Below are positions 61,979-64,000 of a DNA stretch of 64,000 nt, in pieces; position 1 is the first letter of the stretch, and the number at the start of each line of letters is the position of its first letter. This DNA is from an uncultured Planctomycetaceae bacterium. Its GTDB lineage: Bacteria; Planctomycetota; Planctomycetia; Planctomycetales; Planctomycetaceae. The notes under the pieces were generated by a model, which searched no databases, was not told the origin of the DNA, and saw only the letters and a list, made by a program, of their open reading frames with translations. A program made the translations under genes and the position numbers. The DNA lies in assembly GCA_963815195.1 (NCBI GenBank), contig CAWFGE010000012.1, forward strand, positions 864,001-928,000, read 5' to 3'.

Positions 61979-63686
61979 GTGTCCGCCCCATCACCAACGC
62001 AACGCATTCTGGTTTTAGGATCGACCGAGGGAGCGCCCTCGCCCCTGTTGGACCGTCTCAAATCCGACCACGATTTCGTGGTTCCCGAATCGATCGCCGC
62101 GGGTTTGGAAAATCTCAAAGACGACAAAATCGCCGGGGTCTTGTTTCTGGGGCACGAGTTTCCCGCGGCCGGCGGGCTGTTGGAAACGGGCGGGGTGCTC
62201 GAGGAGATTCCCGACGCCGTGGTCCTGGTGGACATCAACCTCACCATCCTCTGGTCGAACCGCCGCCTGAACGAACTGGCGAGTTGCGACGAGAACCTGG
62301 TGGGCAAGGGCTTTTACGACACCTTCGGCTCGCCGGAAATTCTGGGGCCGGATTTCTGCCCGTTCCACACGGCTCTCGGCTCCGGCGAATCGGCAAGAAG
62401 CACGCTCAGGGTGGGCGAGAAGTCCTACTTTGAAGTCCACGCCAAGCCCGTCTTCGACGAAGACGAAATGCCGAATTTTCTGGTCGTGATCGTCCGCGAC
62501 GTTTCGATCGAAGTGCTCCAGCGGCAAAAGCTCAATGCGATTTACCATGCGGGGCTGGAACTCGGCGATCTGGCCCCGCATGAGCTTTTGGAGATGTCCG
62601 TCAGCGACCGCATCGAACTCTTGAAGTCCAAGATCCTGCACTACACGCAGGATCTTTGGAATTCGACATGGTCGAAGTCCGCCTCGTCGACAAGCGGACC
62701 CGGCAATTGGAGCCGCTGTTGGCTTATGGCATGCAGCCCGACGCCAGCGACCGCGTGCTGTATGCCGAGGCCCAGGGCAACGGCGTGACCGGCTTCGTCG
62801 CGGCCACCGGAAAGAGTTACCTCTGCGAAGACACCGGGAACGATCCGTTGTATCTGCCCGGCACTGCGGCGCCCGCAGCTCGCTCACCGTGCCTTTGATT
62901 CTGCACGAGGAAATCCTGGGCACCTTCAACGTCGAAAGTCCGCGGCCGGGGGCGTTCAACGAGAACGACTTGCAGTTTTTGGAGCTGTTCAGCCGGGAAG
63001 TCGCGGTGGCCCTCAACACGCTGGAGCTGTTGGTCGCCGAGAAAATGACGAGCGTGACGCAGAGCACCGAGCAAATTCTGCACGAGGTCGCGCATCCGGT
63101 GGATGAGATTCTCAACGACGCCGCGTGGATTCTGGAGCGCTACATCGGCCACGAGCCGAACGTTTCGGAACGCTTGCTCCGCATCCTCAAACGCACGCGG
63201 GACATCAAGCAGCTCATCCAAAAAGTCGGCGAGACGATCGCCCCGGAAGGCGCGAAAGGCTCGTTGCCGCTGCGTCCCGAACGCCCCAAGCTTCGCAGCA
63301 AACGGATTCTGGTCGTGGACAGCGACGATTCCGTCCGCCGGGCCGCCCACGAACTCTTGGGGCGGTTTGGCTGCGAAGTCGAGACCGCCCACAACGGCGA
63401 AGAAGCCGGCCTGATGGTCCGCAGTTTTCCTTACGATGCCGCCATCGTCGATATTCGCCTCACCGACATGACCGGCTACGAATGCTTCCAGCAGTTGCGA
63501 AACACCGCGCCCAACCTGTCCGTGATCTTGATGACGGGCTTCGGCTACGACCCCACCCACTCCATCGTCAAAGCCCGCCAGGAAGGTTTGAAGTCGGTCC
63601 TTTATAAGCCCTTCCGGCTCGACCAACTGCTCACCGAGGTCGAAAAGTCTGTCTCCGACGAAGTCGCCGGCAGTCCCGCGTCGTAA
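61979..63686 (+). CDS. PAS-GAF-receiver domain signalling protein, two frameshifts (near 62658 and 62870)
   Basis: PAS segment, GAF (GVTGFVAATG.SY, VES....F...D), REC (ILVVD, D, MTG, KPF). Confidence 0.82.
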
Positions 63687-63960
63687 ATCCGAAGCACCAA
63701 ACCCGAAATCCGAAACAAATTCAAAACCCCAAATCCAGTACTTCCAAAAAAGCTCAGGAAATTGGTTCGGTTTTCAAGAGCCGCGCACGAAGTCAGCGGT
63801 TTTCAGAGCCGCGCACGAAGTCAGCGGTTTTCAGGGACACAGACCGCTGACTTCGTGCGCGGCTCAGGACCAATTTGGGGACTCGATGTCCAGGGTTTGG
63901 AGATTGGAACTTCGGTCATTGGAATTCGTTTCGGATTTCGAGATTCGGATTTCGGATTTT
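63686..63960. repeat. Heptamer-unit inverted repeat enclosing family D REPs (28-bp direct duplication plus an inverted copy)
   Basis: AAATCCG-type units versus CGGATTT-type units; AGAGCCGCGCACGAAGTCAGCGGTTTTC at 63777 and 63805; inverse at 63843-63865. Confidence 0.8.
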
Positions 63961-64000
63961 AGCTGATCGTGAGATCGTTGATGTCGCCCAATGCGTCGAA
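63959..64000 (-). CDS. 3' end of an unidentified gene (partial)
   Basis: FDALGDINDLTIS* open to the window edge. Confidence 0.4.
   Translation of the reverse strand, partial: FDALGDINDLTIS

Overview
GC-rich bacterial DNA. The gene content (DUF1501, sulfatases, double-length UvrA, Tat-exported Gfo/Idh/MocA, vWA/coiled-coil cluster) points to a planctomycete, which is an inference. About a dozen single-base frameshifts in ordinary genes suggest uncorrected long-read errors. Core genes include a heavy-metal RND pair, isocitrate dehydrogenase, two sulfatases, a SpoIIE phosphatase, uvrA, an ECF sigma/anti-sigma pair, moaA, TolC and a PAS-GAF-REC protein. The most striking signal is a set of REP-like palindromes plus one REP-associated HUH tyrosine transposase (RAYT). 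(1) A 172-bp element occurs four times and delimits an integron-like run of co-oriented genes at 43.7-47.2 kb. Each gene is preceded by an apparent truncated 3' stub of another gene, and the RAYT unit ends in the element's own 20-bp terminus. (2) A fourth copy cuts a ParE/RelE-like toxin gene at a codon boundary. (3) Four palindromes are translated in frame inside uvrA. (4) A palindromic element replaces the middle of a four-helix-bundle gene. (5) A 187-bp unit is triplicated with breakpoints inside REP ends. Also notable are an NrtR-pseudokinase-vWA operon with a visible promoter/operator and a TIR-STAS fusion. No rRNA, tRNA or CRISPR array was seen. All family assignments are from motif recognition, not database searches.
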